From the NCBI GenBank assembly GCA_963662795.1, contig OY759746.1:3072001-3136000 (forward strand): a DNA stretch of 64,000 nucleotides. Reading direction: 5' to 3'. This document shows positions 29,629-39,503 of the stretch, in pieces (the first letter of the stretch is position 1; the number at the start of each line of letters is the position of its first letter). The notes beneath the pieces were generated by a model, which worked only from the letters and a program-made list of their open reading frames with translations, did not search any database and was not told the DNA's origin. Position numbers and translations under genes: made by a program. Source of the stretch: Spirochaetia bacterium (GTDB lineage Bacteria; Spirochaetota; Spirochaetia; CADAEX01).

Positions 29629-30420
29629 ATGTTTCTTCAAAGCATTGCGGAAAATTCACAGCTGTATCTTCTCATATTCTCAAGAATATTCGCATTGCTG
29701 ACTATAGCGCCGCTTCTTTCATCATCGGCAATCCCGGACATGGCACGCGCTGCACTTGCACTGTTTACAACTGTAGCAATATTCCCAACAATTTTTGAAA
29801 CCGGATATATAATTCCTGAAAACGGGCTTGCATACCTGGCCCTGCTTGCCGGCGAAATAATGATCGGAATAATTACCGGATTTTTTCTACAGCTCATCTT
29901 TGCAGCCTTTTTAATGGCAGGACAGTTTTTTTCCCTTCAGATAGGGTTCGGAGCTTCAGTTGTATTCGATCCTCTGGCGCAGGAAGAAATACCTATCGTA
30001 GGTCAGCTGTTAAACTATTTTGCCATGTTTGTTTTTCTCGCTTCAAGCGGATTTTATAAACTGTTCCTTACCGGCGTTTACAGGTCGTTTCAAAGTTTAA
30101 ACGCTTATACGTTTCTTCTTCATAGAGAACATATATATCAGATGGCCTTGAACGGAGTCGGCAAACTATTTCAGCACTCTCTTATGATATCAATGCCTAT
30201 CCTTGCTACCCTTTTTCTGATTTCTGTTTCAATGGGTCTTCTTGCAAAAGCAGCTCCGCAGATGAATCTGCTCATGATGGGTTTTCCTGTTGCGATAATT
30301 GTCGCGTTTCTGATTATTCTTTTTTCAATACCGTTTTTAACTGCGGCTTTCTCAAAGCTGATAGACGAAAGCTTCTACCAGGTGCTTTACTGGTATTCTC
30401 TTTACAGGGGCAGCCCATGA
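29629..30420 (+). CDS. fliR: Export gate protein FliR
   Basis: Motifs AGQFFSLQIGFG...FDP and KAAPQMN...GFP; six TM segments. Confidence 0.95.
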   Translation: MFLQSIAENSQLYLLIFSRIFALLTIAPLLSSSAIPDMARAALALFTTVAIFPTIFETGYIIPENGLAYLALLAGEIMIGIITGFFLQLIFAAFLMAGQFFSLQIGFGASVVFDPLAQEEIPIVGQLLNYFAMFVFLASSGFYKLFLTGVYRSFQSLNAYTFLLHREHIYQMALNGVGKLFQHSLMISMPILATLFLISVSMGLLAKAAPQMNLLMMGFPVAIIVAFLIILFSIPFLTAAFSKLIDESFYQVLYWYSLYRGSP

Positions 30421-31571
30421 AATTTGATACTGTTCCTGTAAAGGAATTGCTGAAGCAGGACTTCGCATCACCTTGCCGGGAACCGTTCATCCATCTTCAG
30501 TGGTTTGCTCCGGAAGATGAAGGACGGACAGAAGATCCGACAGAACACAAGCTCCGCAAAGCCAGGGAAGAAGGCAAGGTAGCAAAAAGTTCGGAATTCG
30601 CCCCTGCGCTTGTTCTTATTTTTACAGTCGTGGCCCTTGCTTTTCTTGGTGGATACATGTTTGATAATCTTACAGATATGATGAAGTATTTTTTTACAAT
30701 ATCTTCGTCAACAGATATAACATCCAATAACAGAATAGTTCCTGTGTTTTTCAGTTATTTTCTTAAGATGTTCCTTCCTGTAGCGACTGTTGCATTTATC
30801 GCCTCTCTTGCCGGCAATCTTATACAGGTTGGTTTTTTATTCAGTACAAAACCGATTACACCTGATCTCAACAGAATCGCGCCTGACTTTGTCAGATATT
30901 TCAAACGTGCAGTTTTTTCAATGGAAGCGGTTTTTAATCTTGGCAAGACAATTTTCAAGATACTGATAATTGCTGTTATTGTCATTCTGAATATAAAGCT
31001 TGAATCCAACAAACTGATCAATCTCACCGGGCAGACTGTACAGTTCTCAATGACATATATAGCAAGGATTTCTTTCAGGCTTTTGATAGAGGCTGCTTTC
31101 GCGCTGATTGTTCTTTCACTGCCAGATTATATGTTTCAGAGAAAGCAGCACAGGGAATCGCTTAAAATGTCAAAACAGGAAATCAAGGAAGAAATGAAAC
31201 AGATCGAAGGCGACCCTAAAATCAAGAATATGCTGATGGAAAGGATGCGGGAACTTATGAGCCAGAATATCTCAAAAAATGTTCCCCTTTCTGATGTTAT
31301 AGTAACAAACCCTACTCATTATTCTGTTGCAATAATGTATGATAGATATACCATGAGTGCTCCGTCTGTAAGCGCAAAAGGCCAGGATGAGATTGCGCTC
31401 AGAATCAGGGAAATTGCAAGAAACAGTGCTGTTCCCATAATGGAAAACAAACCACTTGCAAGAGCTTTGTACGCAGAAGTGGAAGTGGGACAGGAAATCC
31501 CTGTTAAATACTGGGAGACAGTATCGATAATACTGTCTGAAGTATATAAACTGTCTGGCAAGGCAGTATGA
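30417..31571 (+). CDS. flhB: Export switch protein FlhB
   Basis: Motifs TEDPTEHKLRKAREEG, MSKQEIKEE...EGDP and the autocleavage site NPTH. Confidence 0.97.
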   Translation: MKFDTVPVKELLKQDFASPCREPFIHLQWFAPEDEGRTEDPTEHKLRKAREEGKVAKSSEFAPALVLIFTVVALAFLGGYMFDNLTDMMKYFFTISSSTDITSNNRIVPVFFSYFLKMFLPVATVAFIASLAGNLIQVGFLFSTKPITPDLNRIAPDFVRYFKRAVFSMEAVFNLGKTIFKILIIAVIVILNIKLESNKLINLTGQTVQFSMTYIARISFRLLIEAAFALIVLSLPDYMFQRKQHRESLKMSKQEIKEEMKQIEGDPKIKNMLMERMRELMSQNISKNVPLSDVIVTNPTHYSVAIMYDRYTMSAPSVSAKGQDEIALRIREIARNSAVPIMENKPLARALYAEVEVGQEIPVKYWETVSIILSEVYKLSGKAV

Positions 31572-31588
31572 AAGAGGTAGTATAAGGA

Positions 31589-33682
31589 ATGTCTGATTTC
31601 AGAAATATGGTCAATAATTCACTTTTTCACGGCAGAAATGACCTTATGGTAGCTGCCGGTGTACTTGTTGTCATTTCAATGATGCTTGTTCCTCTTCCAA
31701 CAGTTTTGCTTGATACATTTATGGCTTTTAATCTTCTTTTAAGCCTGCTTGTTATTCTCATTGTCCTTTTTACAAAACATACAACAGATTTTTCCATATT
31801 TCCGACACTGCTGCTGATATCCACGGTTTTCGGTCTTGCCCTTAATATTTCATCGACAAGGCTTATCCTCTCAAAGGGTGCGAATTTCAACGGAAAACTT
31901 GTAAGGGCTTTTTCAAGCTTTGTTGTCGGTACATCAGGACCGGAAGGGCTTGTCATTGGCCTTATAATATTCCTTATCCTCATTGCTGTTCAGTTTATTG
32001 TTATAACAAAAGGTGCGACCCGTGTTGCAGAGGTAGCGGCACGATTTACTCTTGACGGAATGGTTCAGAAACAGATGTCGATCGACGCAGAACTTGCGAG
32101 CGGGGCACTTACAGAAGATGAAGCCCTTAAGAAGAGAAGACATTTGCAGAAGGAAGTTGATTTTTACTCTGCTATGGACGGTGCCTCAAAATTTGTATCA
32201 GGCAACGTCAAGGTCGGCATTCTTATAACATTTATCAATGTTATCGGAGGAATGATCGTCGGGATGGTTTATCACGCAGAGTCTTTTGGTCTTGCCCTGA
32301 ATAATTATATATCACTGACAATAGGTGACGGCCTTGTCACCCAGTTCCCGGCGCTGCTTATTTCCACGGCAACCGGTATTATTGTAACCAGATCTATTTC
32401 AGACGGCAGCTTCGGAAGTGACATCTCTGACCAGTTTTCCCAGGAATCCCGTGTTTACTGGATCTCGTCAGTATTTCTTTTTGTTCTGGCATTTCTTCCT
32501 GGGTTTCCCTGGTATGTTCTTATTCCGATGGCTTTCCTTACAGGTTTTGCCGGTTACAGGCTTTCCAGAAAGAAAATGCTGCAGGAAGCGCAGAAGACCG
32601 AGAAAAGTGATGAGAGACAGAAAGAATCCTCCAGTTTCGAGATCCCGGGAATTGAGCCGCTCGACCCGCTGTCGCTTGAGCTCGGCTACGGCCTTATCCC
32701 TCTTGTAGACAAGGAAAAAGGGGCGGACCTTCTTGAAAGAATTACAAGAATCAGAAGGGAAACTGCGGCAGAGCTTGGGCTTATTGTCCCCAAAATACGT
32801 GTCAGGGATAACATGAAGCTTGAACCTTCCGAGTACTGTTTTAAAATTAAAGGTGTAGATATCGGTAAAGCATCCATAAGAATGAACCATTATCTGGCAA
32901 TAAATTCCGGAGGAATTGAAGAGCCTGTCCCGGGAGAAAAAACTACAGATCCTGCTTTTGGTCTTCCCGCCCTCTGGATAACTGAAGAAGAGAGGGAAAA
33001 GGCGGAACAGGCAGGATATCTTGTTGTTGATCCTCCTTCAATTATTGCAACCCACCTTACAGGAATAATCAAAAAATATGCCTCTGAAATACTTGGAAGA
33101 CAGGAAGTGCAGTCAATACTTGATTCCCTTCATGATAAATATCCGGCAATAGTAGATGAAGTAAAAAAAGCAGTTTCACCCGGCGAAATCCAGAAAGTGC
33201 TTCAGAATCTCCTTAAGGAACAGGTTTCCATCCGCAATATGGTTGCCATTCTTGAAACAATAGTTGATTTTTCAACAGTTTCAAGGGATGTAACATTTTT
33301 GACAGAGAAAACCAGACAGGCTATAGGCAGGCAGATTTGTCTGCAGTATGCTGACGAAGATAAACAGCTTAATGTAATAACGATTAATCCGGATATTGAA
33401 TCAAAAATAATTGAATCACGGGTAGAAACAGTTGACGGCAATGTGCCGGTGCTTGACAGGGAATTTCTATCTTCTTTTATTAATGCAATATCAAATAAAC
33501 TGATGTCTCTCAAGGAAGTTAATAAGACAATTGTAATTCTTTGTTCGGAAGAAGCAAGAATCCTTGTCAGAAAATGTACTGAGAGGGAACTTCCCGGTAT
33601 TCCTGTTATTTCTGCAAGAGAACTTACAGGCGATATCGGATTTGAAGTTCAGGGAGAGGTGGATTTTGCATTACAGAATTAA
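31589..33682 (+). CDS. flhA: Export apparatus protein FlhA
   Basis: Motifs FPTLLL, LNISSTRLIL, RVAEVAARFTLD, AMDGASKFV and LTIGDGLV. Confidence 0.98.
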   Translation: MSDFRNMVNNSLFHGRNDLMVAAGVLVVISMMLVPLPTVLLDTFMAFNLLLSLLVILIVLFTKHTTDFSIFPTLLLISTVFGLALNISSTRLILSKGANFNGKLVRAFSSFVVGTSGPEGLVIGLIIFLILIAVQFIVITKGATRVAEVAARFTLDGMVQKQMSIDAELASGALTEDEALKKRRHLQKEVDFYSAMDGASKFVSGNVKVGILITFINVIGGMIVGMVYHAESFGLALNNYISLTIGDGLVTQFPALLISTATGIIVTRSISDGSFGSDISDQFSQESRVYWISSVFLFVLAFLPGFPWYVLIPMAFLTGFAGYRLSRKKMLQEAQKTEKSDERQKESSSFEIPGIEPLDPLSLELGYGLIPLVDKEKGADLLERITRIRRETAAELGLIVPKIRVRDNMKLEPSEYCFKIKGVDIGKASIRMNHYLAINSGGIEEPVPGEKTTDPAFGLPALWITEEEREKAEQAGYLVVDPPSIIATHLTGIIKKYASEILGRQEVQSILDSLHDKYPAIVDEVKKAVSPGEIQKVLQNLLKEQVSIRNMVAILETIVDFSTVSRDVTFLTEKTRQAIGRQICLQYADEDKQLNVITINPDIESKIIESRVETVDGNVPVLDREFLSSFINAISNKLMSLKEVNKTIVILCSEEARILVRKCTERELPGIPVISARELTGDIGFEVQGEVDFALQN

Positions 33683-33703
33683 AAAACCGGAGCAGGTGAA
33701 GAT

Positions 33704-34831
33704 ATGAATTATTTTTCAGAGCAGGGATTGTCCTATTCAGAAGTAATAGACAGATTAAAAAATAAGTACGGCGAAAATATCAGAATTTTGAGTCATAAAA
33801 CTGTAATGGTGGGAGGGTTTCTGGGACTATTCAAAAAAGAAGGTGTTCAGATTGACGGATATGTGTCTCAGGACCCTTTTCAGAAGAAAAATCCAAAGCT
33901 TGAAGAGGAAAAGGAAAAGCTTATACAGACTGCGAAAGGGACAAATACGTTGAGTGAAGTACTAAAAACAGTTAATGAAATAAAGATAAGACTGGATGAA
34001 GGGACTTCACAGCAGGAAGGAAAACACGAGACAATAAACCGTGTAGAAAAGATTCTTATGAAAAATGATTTTTCTTTTTCTTTTATAGGTATGATGTCTG
34101 AAAAAATTAAAAAGAACATTTCTCTTGATGATCTTGATAATTTTAATTATGTGCTGAAAAAAGTGCGGGAATGGATACGGGAGCTCATCTATATTCTTCC
34201 TGATAAAAATCCGTTGACAACCCCCAGAATATTTATTCTTGTAGGTCCTACAGGTGTCGGTAAAACCACGACTATAGCGAAACTTGCGGCAATTAACGCG
34301 CTTGGGATACAGACCAAACCGTTATCAGTCAGAATTATCACAATAGACAACTACAGGATCGGGGCAAGAAAACAGATTGAAACCTATGGCGAGATCATGA
34401 GCGTGCCAGTCGTATCTGCTGAAAATTTTGATCAGCTCAGAAAATATATAGCGCTTTACAGTGAGGATGTGGACCTTGTTCTTATTGATACAATAGGAAA
34501 AAGCCCGCATGATTACAAAAAACTTGCTGAGATGAAAGAGCTGCTTGATGCCTGCGGCACAACTTCCGAGTTTCATCTTGCAATCAGCGCAATTACAAAA
34601 GTTTCTGATATTTTTGAAATAATGCAGCAATTTGAATCTTTTAAATACAGTTCTGTTGTTGTAACCAAGCTTGATGAAACCTGCCATGCGGGAAATATAA
34701 TCAGCGCACTTTATGAAGCCAGAAAGCCTGTGTCATATATTACAACAGGGCAGAATGTCCCTTACGATATTAAATATGCAACAGAAGAGTTGTTCCTTGA
34801 ACACCTGGGTGAATTCAATACTGTAAAATAA
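33704..34831 (+). CDS. flhF: SRP-type GTPase FlhF
   Basis: Motifs GPTGVGKTTTIAKLA, DNYRIGA, DTIG, TKLDET and GQNVP. Confidence 0.95.
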   Translation: MNYFSEQGLSYSEVIDRLKNKYGENIRILSHKTVMVGGFLGLFKKEGVQIDGYVSQDPFQKKNPKLEEEKEKLIQTAKGTNTLSEVLKTVNEIKIRLDEGTSQQEGKHETINRVEKILMKNDFSFSFIGMMSEKIKKNISLDDLDNFNYVLKKVREWIRELIYILPDKNPLTTPRIFILVGPTGVGKTTTIAKLAAINALGIQTKPLSVRIITIDNYRIGARKQIETYGEIMSVPVVSAENFDQLRKYIALYSEDVDLVLIDTIGKSPHDYKKLAEMKELLDACGTTSEFHLAISAITKVSDIFEIMQQFESFKYSSVVVTKLDETCHAGNIISALYEARKPVSYITTGQNVPYDIKYATEELFLEHLGEFNTVK

Positions 34832-34846
34832 GGAAAGGATAAGTGT

Positions 34847-35740
34847 ATGGAAACAAAAATGATAGACCAGGCTGAAAATCTAAGAATGATGGTTCAGCAG
34901 AAAACTGAATCAGACGAAAAAATGAGCGGAAGAGAAACAAAAACACGTATCATAACTGTATCAAGCGGAAAAGGAGGGGTAGGCAAAACAAATCTCTCCA
35001 TAAATCTTGCAATTGCCTATTCTCAGATCGGCAAAAAAGTGGTTCTTCTCGACGCTGATCTTGGTCTTGCAAACGTAAACGTTATTCTGGGGATAATTCC
35101 TGAATATAATCTTTATAATCTCATTAAGAACAACAAAACAATGAAGGACATCCTGATTGATACAAAATGCGGAATACAGATTATTGCAGGTGCATCAGGA
35201 TTTTCTAAAATAGCTAATCTCGAAAATGACGAGAGGAACAGATTTATATCAGAAATGAGCGAACTTTCATTTGCTGATATAATTATTATTGATACAAGCG
35301 CAGGCGTTTCAAACAACGTCCTTTCGTTTATTGCAGCGGCAGACGAGGCCGTAATCATAACAACACCTGAGCCTACAGCAATAACCGATGCATACGGGAT
35401 TATCAAGATCATATCCACAGAACTGATAGATAATAAAATAGGTATTAAACTTGTTGTGAACCGTGTGAAATCTGTTACTGAAGCCAAAAAAGTAGCTCAG
35501 CGTGTTGTGAATATCGCCGGACAATTTTTAAACACAAAGGTTGATTATCTCGGGTATGTCTATGATGACCCTATAGTTCAGAATGCTGTACTCCGTCAAA
35601 AGCCGTTTATACTTACAGACCCCAAATGCAAGGCTTCAATTTGCCTGAGACATATTGTGAGCAGGCTTGAAAATATAGAATACAGGGAAGGAACAGGAGT
35701 TGGTAACTTTCTTAAGAAATTTATCACAAAAAACAGTTAA
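34847..35740 (+). CDS. flhG: MinD-like ATPase FlhG/FleN
   Basis: N-terminal DQAxxLR motif; SGKGGVGKTN, DADLGLAN and TPEPTAITDAY. Confidence 0.95.
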   Translation: METKMIDQAENLRMMVQQKTESDEKMSGRETKTRIITVSSGKGGVGKTNLSINLAIAYSQIGKKVVLLDADLGLANVNVILGIIPEYNLYNLIKNNKTMKDILIDTKCGIQIIAGASGFSKIANLENDERNRFISEMSELSFADIIIIDTSAGVSNNVLSFIAAADEAVIITTPEPTAITDAYGIIKIISTELIDNKIGIKLVVNRVKSVTEAKKVAQRVVNIAGQFLNTKVDYLGYVYDDPIVQNAVLRQKPFILTDPKCKASICLRHIVSRLENIEYREGTGVGNFLKKFITKNS

Positions 35741-35750
35741 AACAATATGC

Positions 35751-35779
35751 TTGACTGCTATAATTTTTTAAAATACTCT
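35751..35779 (+). promoter_or_regulatory. Sigma-70 promoter for the hypothetical-fliA-fapA tail
   Basis: TTGACT (35751-56), 17-bp spacer, TACTCT (35774-79), followed by a GGGAGG SD and TTG at 35799. Confidence 0.55.
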
Positions 35780-35798
35780 TATTTAAGGGAGGTTAAGG

Positions 35799-36431
35799 TT
35801 GCCTGATTTAAAAATATTATTAATTATTTCCATTCCTGTTTTTATCTTCATGTTTTTTCTGGGAATTTTAAGCGGAAATACTTTACTAATAGTTTTTGGG
35901 CGTTCTTTAGCCGGCACCGTATTACTGGTGATTATAATAACAGCTGCGATTGCTGTTATGAAAAACATAATCTCAGGTGTTCCATTGAAAAACAGCGGTA
36001 AAAAAGAAAACACAGAAGACCCCAATCCTGAATCGTTTGATGTTGTTCTTGACGGGGAAAATCCTTATGAAAGTGAAAATACAATAACCAGCAATTATTC
36101 AATTGATAATGAGGAAGAAGAACCAGATATTTCCGGTAGTTTTATTGAAGAGGTTGAGGAGGAAAGTATAGGAGATATCAGCTTTATAGACAATCCTGAT
36201 GATTCGGAAGATACAGTTGAAGTTATGAATGACAGCGGGGTGAGTGACCAGGGTTTTAATAATGGTGTATTGCCGGAAATAGACAGCAACCCGCTTGTAT
36301 TTGATAAGGCTGAAGGCAGCAGAGCCAAAAATATAAATAATGATTCATTAAATATTCTGGGTAATAATATTGATGCAGGCACAATGGCTAAAGCAATTAA
36401 AACAATCCTGACAAGAGATGATAAAGGATAA
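35799..36431 (+). CDS. Hypothetical inner-membrane protein (2 TM, acidic linker, C-terminal amphipathic helix)
   Basis: Two hydrophobic N-terminal segments, a D/E-rich middle, and C-terminus DAGTMAKAIKTILTRDDKG. Has a good SD. Confidence 0.75.
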   Translation: MPDLKILLIISIPVFIFMFFLGILSGNTLLIVFGRSLAGTVLLVIIITAAIAVMKNIISGVPLKNSGKKENTEDPNPESFDVVLDGENPYESENTITSNYSIDNEEEEPDISGSFIEEVEEESIGDISFIDNPDDSEDTVEVMNDSGVSDQGFNNGVLPEIDSNPLVFDKAEGSRAKNINNDSLNILGNNIDAGTMAKAIKTILTRDDKG

Positions 36432-36434
36432 AAT

Positions 36435-37223
36435 ATGGCAGATAAACAGACAACAGAAATAAATGAGCATGAACTCTGGCTGAAATACAAAAAAGATAAA
36501 AACCAGAAGCTTCGTGATTATTTTATCAGGCAATACGCACCACTTGTTAAATATGTTGCAGGAAAGGTTGCCATAGGTATGCCTCATAATGTTGAATTTG
36601 ATGATCTTGTCGGTTTTGGTGTTTTCGGTCTGTTTGACGCTATCGAAAAATTTGATCCTGAAAAACATGTCAAGTTCAAGACCTATGCAGTAACCAGGAT
36701 AAGGGGTGCCATTTATGATGAATTAAGGTCTATAGACTGGGTTCCCCGTTCCGTAAGGCAAAAGACAAGGGAAATTGAAGAAACTGTCCACAGTCTTGAA
36801 GCAAATCTGGGAAGATCGGCTACCGATTCCGAGATAGCCGCAAAAATGGGTATTTCAATTGAAGATCTCAACAAAAGCATCCATAAAATCAGCACATCCT
36901 CGATATTGTCGCTTAATGATTTGTGGTATACCGGAGAAGATAACGATAAAGTGTCAATTGTCGACAGCATAGAATCTCCGCAGAGTCTCAATCCTGATAT
37001 TATCGTAGAAAAAGATGAAATAAAAAAAGTGATTGTGCAGGCTATCAGCGAACTTCCCGATAAGGAAAAAAAGGTCCTTGTTCTTTATTATTATGAAGAT
37101 CTTACCTTGAAAGAGATTGGAAAGGTTCTTGATGTAACTGAATCAAGGATTTCGCAGCTGCATACCAAAGCCATTCTCAGATTGAGGTCAAAACTGACGA
37201 GTCTTAAAAAAGGAATTATGTAA
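36435..37223 (+). CDS. fliA: RNA polymerase sigma-28 factor FliA/WhiG
   Basis: Motifs [30 protein letters not shown] and [19 protein letters not shown]. Confidence 0.97.
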   Translation: MADKQTTEINEHELWLKYKKDKNQKLRDYFIRQYAPLVKYVAGKVAIGMPHNVEFDDLVGFGVFGLFDAIEKFDPEKHVKFKTYAVTRIRGAIYDELRSIDWVPRSVRQKTREIEETVHSLEANLGRSATDSEIAAKMGISIEDLNKSIHKISTSSILSLNDLWYTGEDNDKVSIVDSIESPQSLNPDIIVEKDEIKKVIVQAISELPDKEKKVLVLYYYEDLTLKEIGKVLDVTESRISQLHTKAILRLRSKLTSLKKGIM

Positions 37224-37227
37224 TATA

Positions 37228-39177
37228 ATGAAAGAACTCCTTACAATCGGGGAATTCAGAAATTACATGAAGGAACTTGCCTTGCGTGACAGCAGCGTAA
37301 AATCTGTTCAGGTTTCTGCTGCTACAATCGAAGAATGCCTTGAACAGGCAGCAATTGAACTTGGCACAACTATTTCAAAACTTGAATATGAAGTAATAGT
37401 AAAGGGTTTTAAAGGCCTGCTGGGTATGATGAAAAAGAATTTTACCCTTGTAGTCTATAAAATACAGGACAGGAAAGAAGAGCAGTCCGGAATTGAAGAT
37501 TTTGGTACTGATGAATTTGTGGAAGATCCTGAAATAGTAAATAAAGACGGCGAAGTTGTGGTTACATTATATAAGGGTAATGTACTTATAAAGGTGCTTC
37601 CGCCAATGGGAAGAGGAAAAAAAGCTACACCGGAGGCTGCATACAATAAGCTGAATGCCAGAAACGTAAAAGATTATGACAAGACATTTATTTCAAAGAT
37701 AGTAAAACTTGCGGATGCTATGCAGGTCAAGGTGGGAACCTTTGATCATATTCCTTCCAACGATTCAATTATTTCGCTGAAAATTGAAGAAAACGATATG
37801 AAAGCATATATAACCGTTACTATGCCGGGAAACGGGGGAAGTGATCTGGGAAAGGATACTGTTCTTTCATTTTTGAAAAATAACATGGTTATTTATGGTG
37901 TAGATGAGCAGAAGCTTGAAGATTTTTTGGATCATCCTGTATACGGCAGCCGTTTTCTTGTTGCAGAAGGATCAGTTCCTATAAACGGAAAAGATGCTGA
38001 AATTATCTATAATTTCAATATAGAAGCAACACCTTCATTTTTAAAAGAAAAAAATGGCCGTATTGATTTCAGGGACAAGAATCTTGTACAGAATGTGGTT
38101 GAAGGACAAGTCCTTGCAGAAAAAATTCCGCCAGAGAAAGGAAAAAAAGGAAGGACTGTTACAGGTAAAACGCTTGATGCCAAAGACGGTATAGATAAAG
38201 AACTTAAAATCGGCAATAACACAGTGCTTTCAAAGGACGGCCTGAAGGCGATTGCCTCATGCAACGGGCAGGTTCTTCTTGTAAATGAAAGAATTACAGT
38301 CGAAAATGTATATATGGTTGAAGGGGATGTAAATCTGACTACAGGAAATATACACTTTCTCGGAACAGTTGTTGTTAAAGGGAATGTTGAGGATGGCTTT
38401 TCTGTAAAGGCAACCGGCAATATTGAAGTTATGGGTAATGTAGGGAAATGCAATCTCGATGCAGTAGGAAATATACTCGTCCATCAGGGGATTAACTGCC
38501 GCGGGGAAGGGCTTGTTAAAGCAGGAAAAGGCGTAGTAGCCAAATTTATTCAGAATTCATATGTCCAGGCGGGAGAGATTGTTTTTGTTTCAGATGGTAT
38601 AATCAATTCCTATGTTGATTCAAACAGCAAAATAATCTGTAAAGGTAAAAGAGCTACAATTGTAGGTGGAAAACTGAGGGCAACAGAAGAAATATCTGCA
38701 AAAACATTCGGTTCTATGGCAGTTGGTTCAACCGAGATTGAAGTCGGGTTTGACCCGAAAAGCAAGGAAAGGCTGCTTGGACTGGAAAAGGAAAAAGAAG
38801 CGCTTGAAAAAGAACTGGATGAAATAGACAGAAATCTTGTAACTTTAGAAAATTTAAAAAAGAAATTAAGGGATAAGTTTCCGGAAGATAAACAGCAGAT
38901 GCTTGATGAAACAACAAACAGAATTGAATCAATTAATGAGGAACTTAAAGAACTTGCTGCCGAAAATGAGGAAATTTTCAAGCATATTCACTCCCTCAAA
39001 GCAGTGGGAAGGGTATCAGCATCCGCGACAGTATACCCCGGAGTAAAAATAACCATCAAGGATGCCAGGCTTGATGTTAAAAACGAACTTAAAAGATTAA
39101 CATTTGTAAATGAAGATTCAATAATTAAAACAATAAAATATGAAGAGCCTGAGGATGAATCTTTCGAGGAGGATTGA
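37228..39177 (+). CDS. fapA: Flagellar assembly protein A (FapA/DUF342) with an N-terminal Jag_N-like domain
   Basis: Jag_N-like TIEECLEQAAIELG...LEYEVIVKGFKGLLG. DUF342 motifs GRIDFRDKNLVQNVVEGQVLA and GDVNLTTGNIHFLG, beta-helix repeats, coiled coil, TVYPGVKI. Confidence 0.85.
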   Translation: MKELLTIGEFRNYMKELALRDSSVKSVQVSAATIEECLEQAAIELGTTISKLEYEVIVKGFKGLLGMMKKNFTLVVYKIQDRKEEQSGIEDFGTDEFVEDPEIVNKDGEVVVTLYKGNVLIKVLPPMGRGKKATPEAAYNKLNARNVKDYDKTFISKIVKLADAMQVKVGTFDHIPSNDSIISLKIEENDMKAYITVTMPGNGGSDLGKDTVLSFLKNNMVIYGVDEQKLEDFLDHPVYGSRFLVAEGSVPINGKDAEIIYNFNIEATPSFLKEKNGRIDFRDKNLVQNVVEGQVLAEKIPPEKGKKGRTVTGKTLDAKDGIDKELKIGNNTVLSKDGLKAIASCNGQVLLVNERITVENVYMVEGDVNLTTGNIHFLGTVVVKGNVEDGFSVKATGNIEVMGNVGKCNLDAVGNILVHQGINCRGEGLVKAGKGVVAKFIQNSYVQAGEIVFVSDGIINSYVDSNSKIICKGKRATIVGGKLRATEEISAKTFGSMAVGSTEIEVGFDPKSKERLLGLEKEKEALEKELDEIDRNLVTLENLKKKLRDKFPEDKQQMLDETTNRIESINEELKELAAENEEIFKHIHSLKAVGRVSASATVYPGVKITIKDARLDVKNELKRLTFVNEDSIIKTIKYEEPEDESFEED

Positions 39178-39497
39178 TGTCAATACAACCGATAGACCTT
39201 CAGACTCTTTTTGTTAAAATGAATCAGGTGGGGAAGGAACAGGCTGTCAGCAAGGAAAGTATAACGCTTCAGCAGGAAATCCAGGGAAGTGAAATAGTTA
39301 AAAAAAATCAGCATGATGATAATAGTGTTAACAGAACCGACAGCTCAGACAGCGGTCCGGAAAAAACAAAGGAAGATGGAGAGGGTGAAAAAAACCAAAG
39401 TCAGGGAGAGCATAAAAAGGGTACAGATGGAAAACAAAAAAATCATGAAATTCTTTTTGACCCTGATCTCGGCAGAAACATTGATATCAGCGGATAA
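39177..39497 (+). CDS. Small hypothetical flagellar-cluster protein
   Basis: ATG overlaps the fapA stop (TGATG). N-terminus MSIQPIDLQ, charged disordered middle, C-terminus DPDLGRNIDISG. Confidence 0.75.
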   Translation: MSIQPIDLQTLFVKMNQVGKEQAVSKESITLQQEIQGSEIVKKNQHDDNSVNRTDSSDSGPEKTKEDGEGEKNQSQGEHKKGTDGKQKNHEILFDPDLGRNIDISG

Positions 39498-39503
39498 TCT
39501 TCC

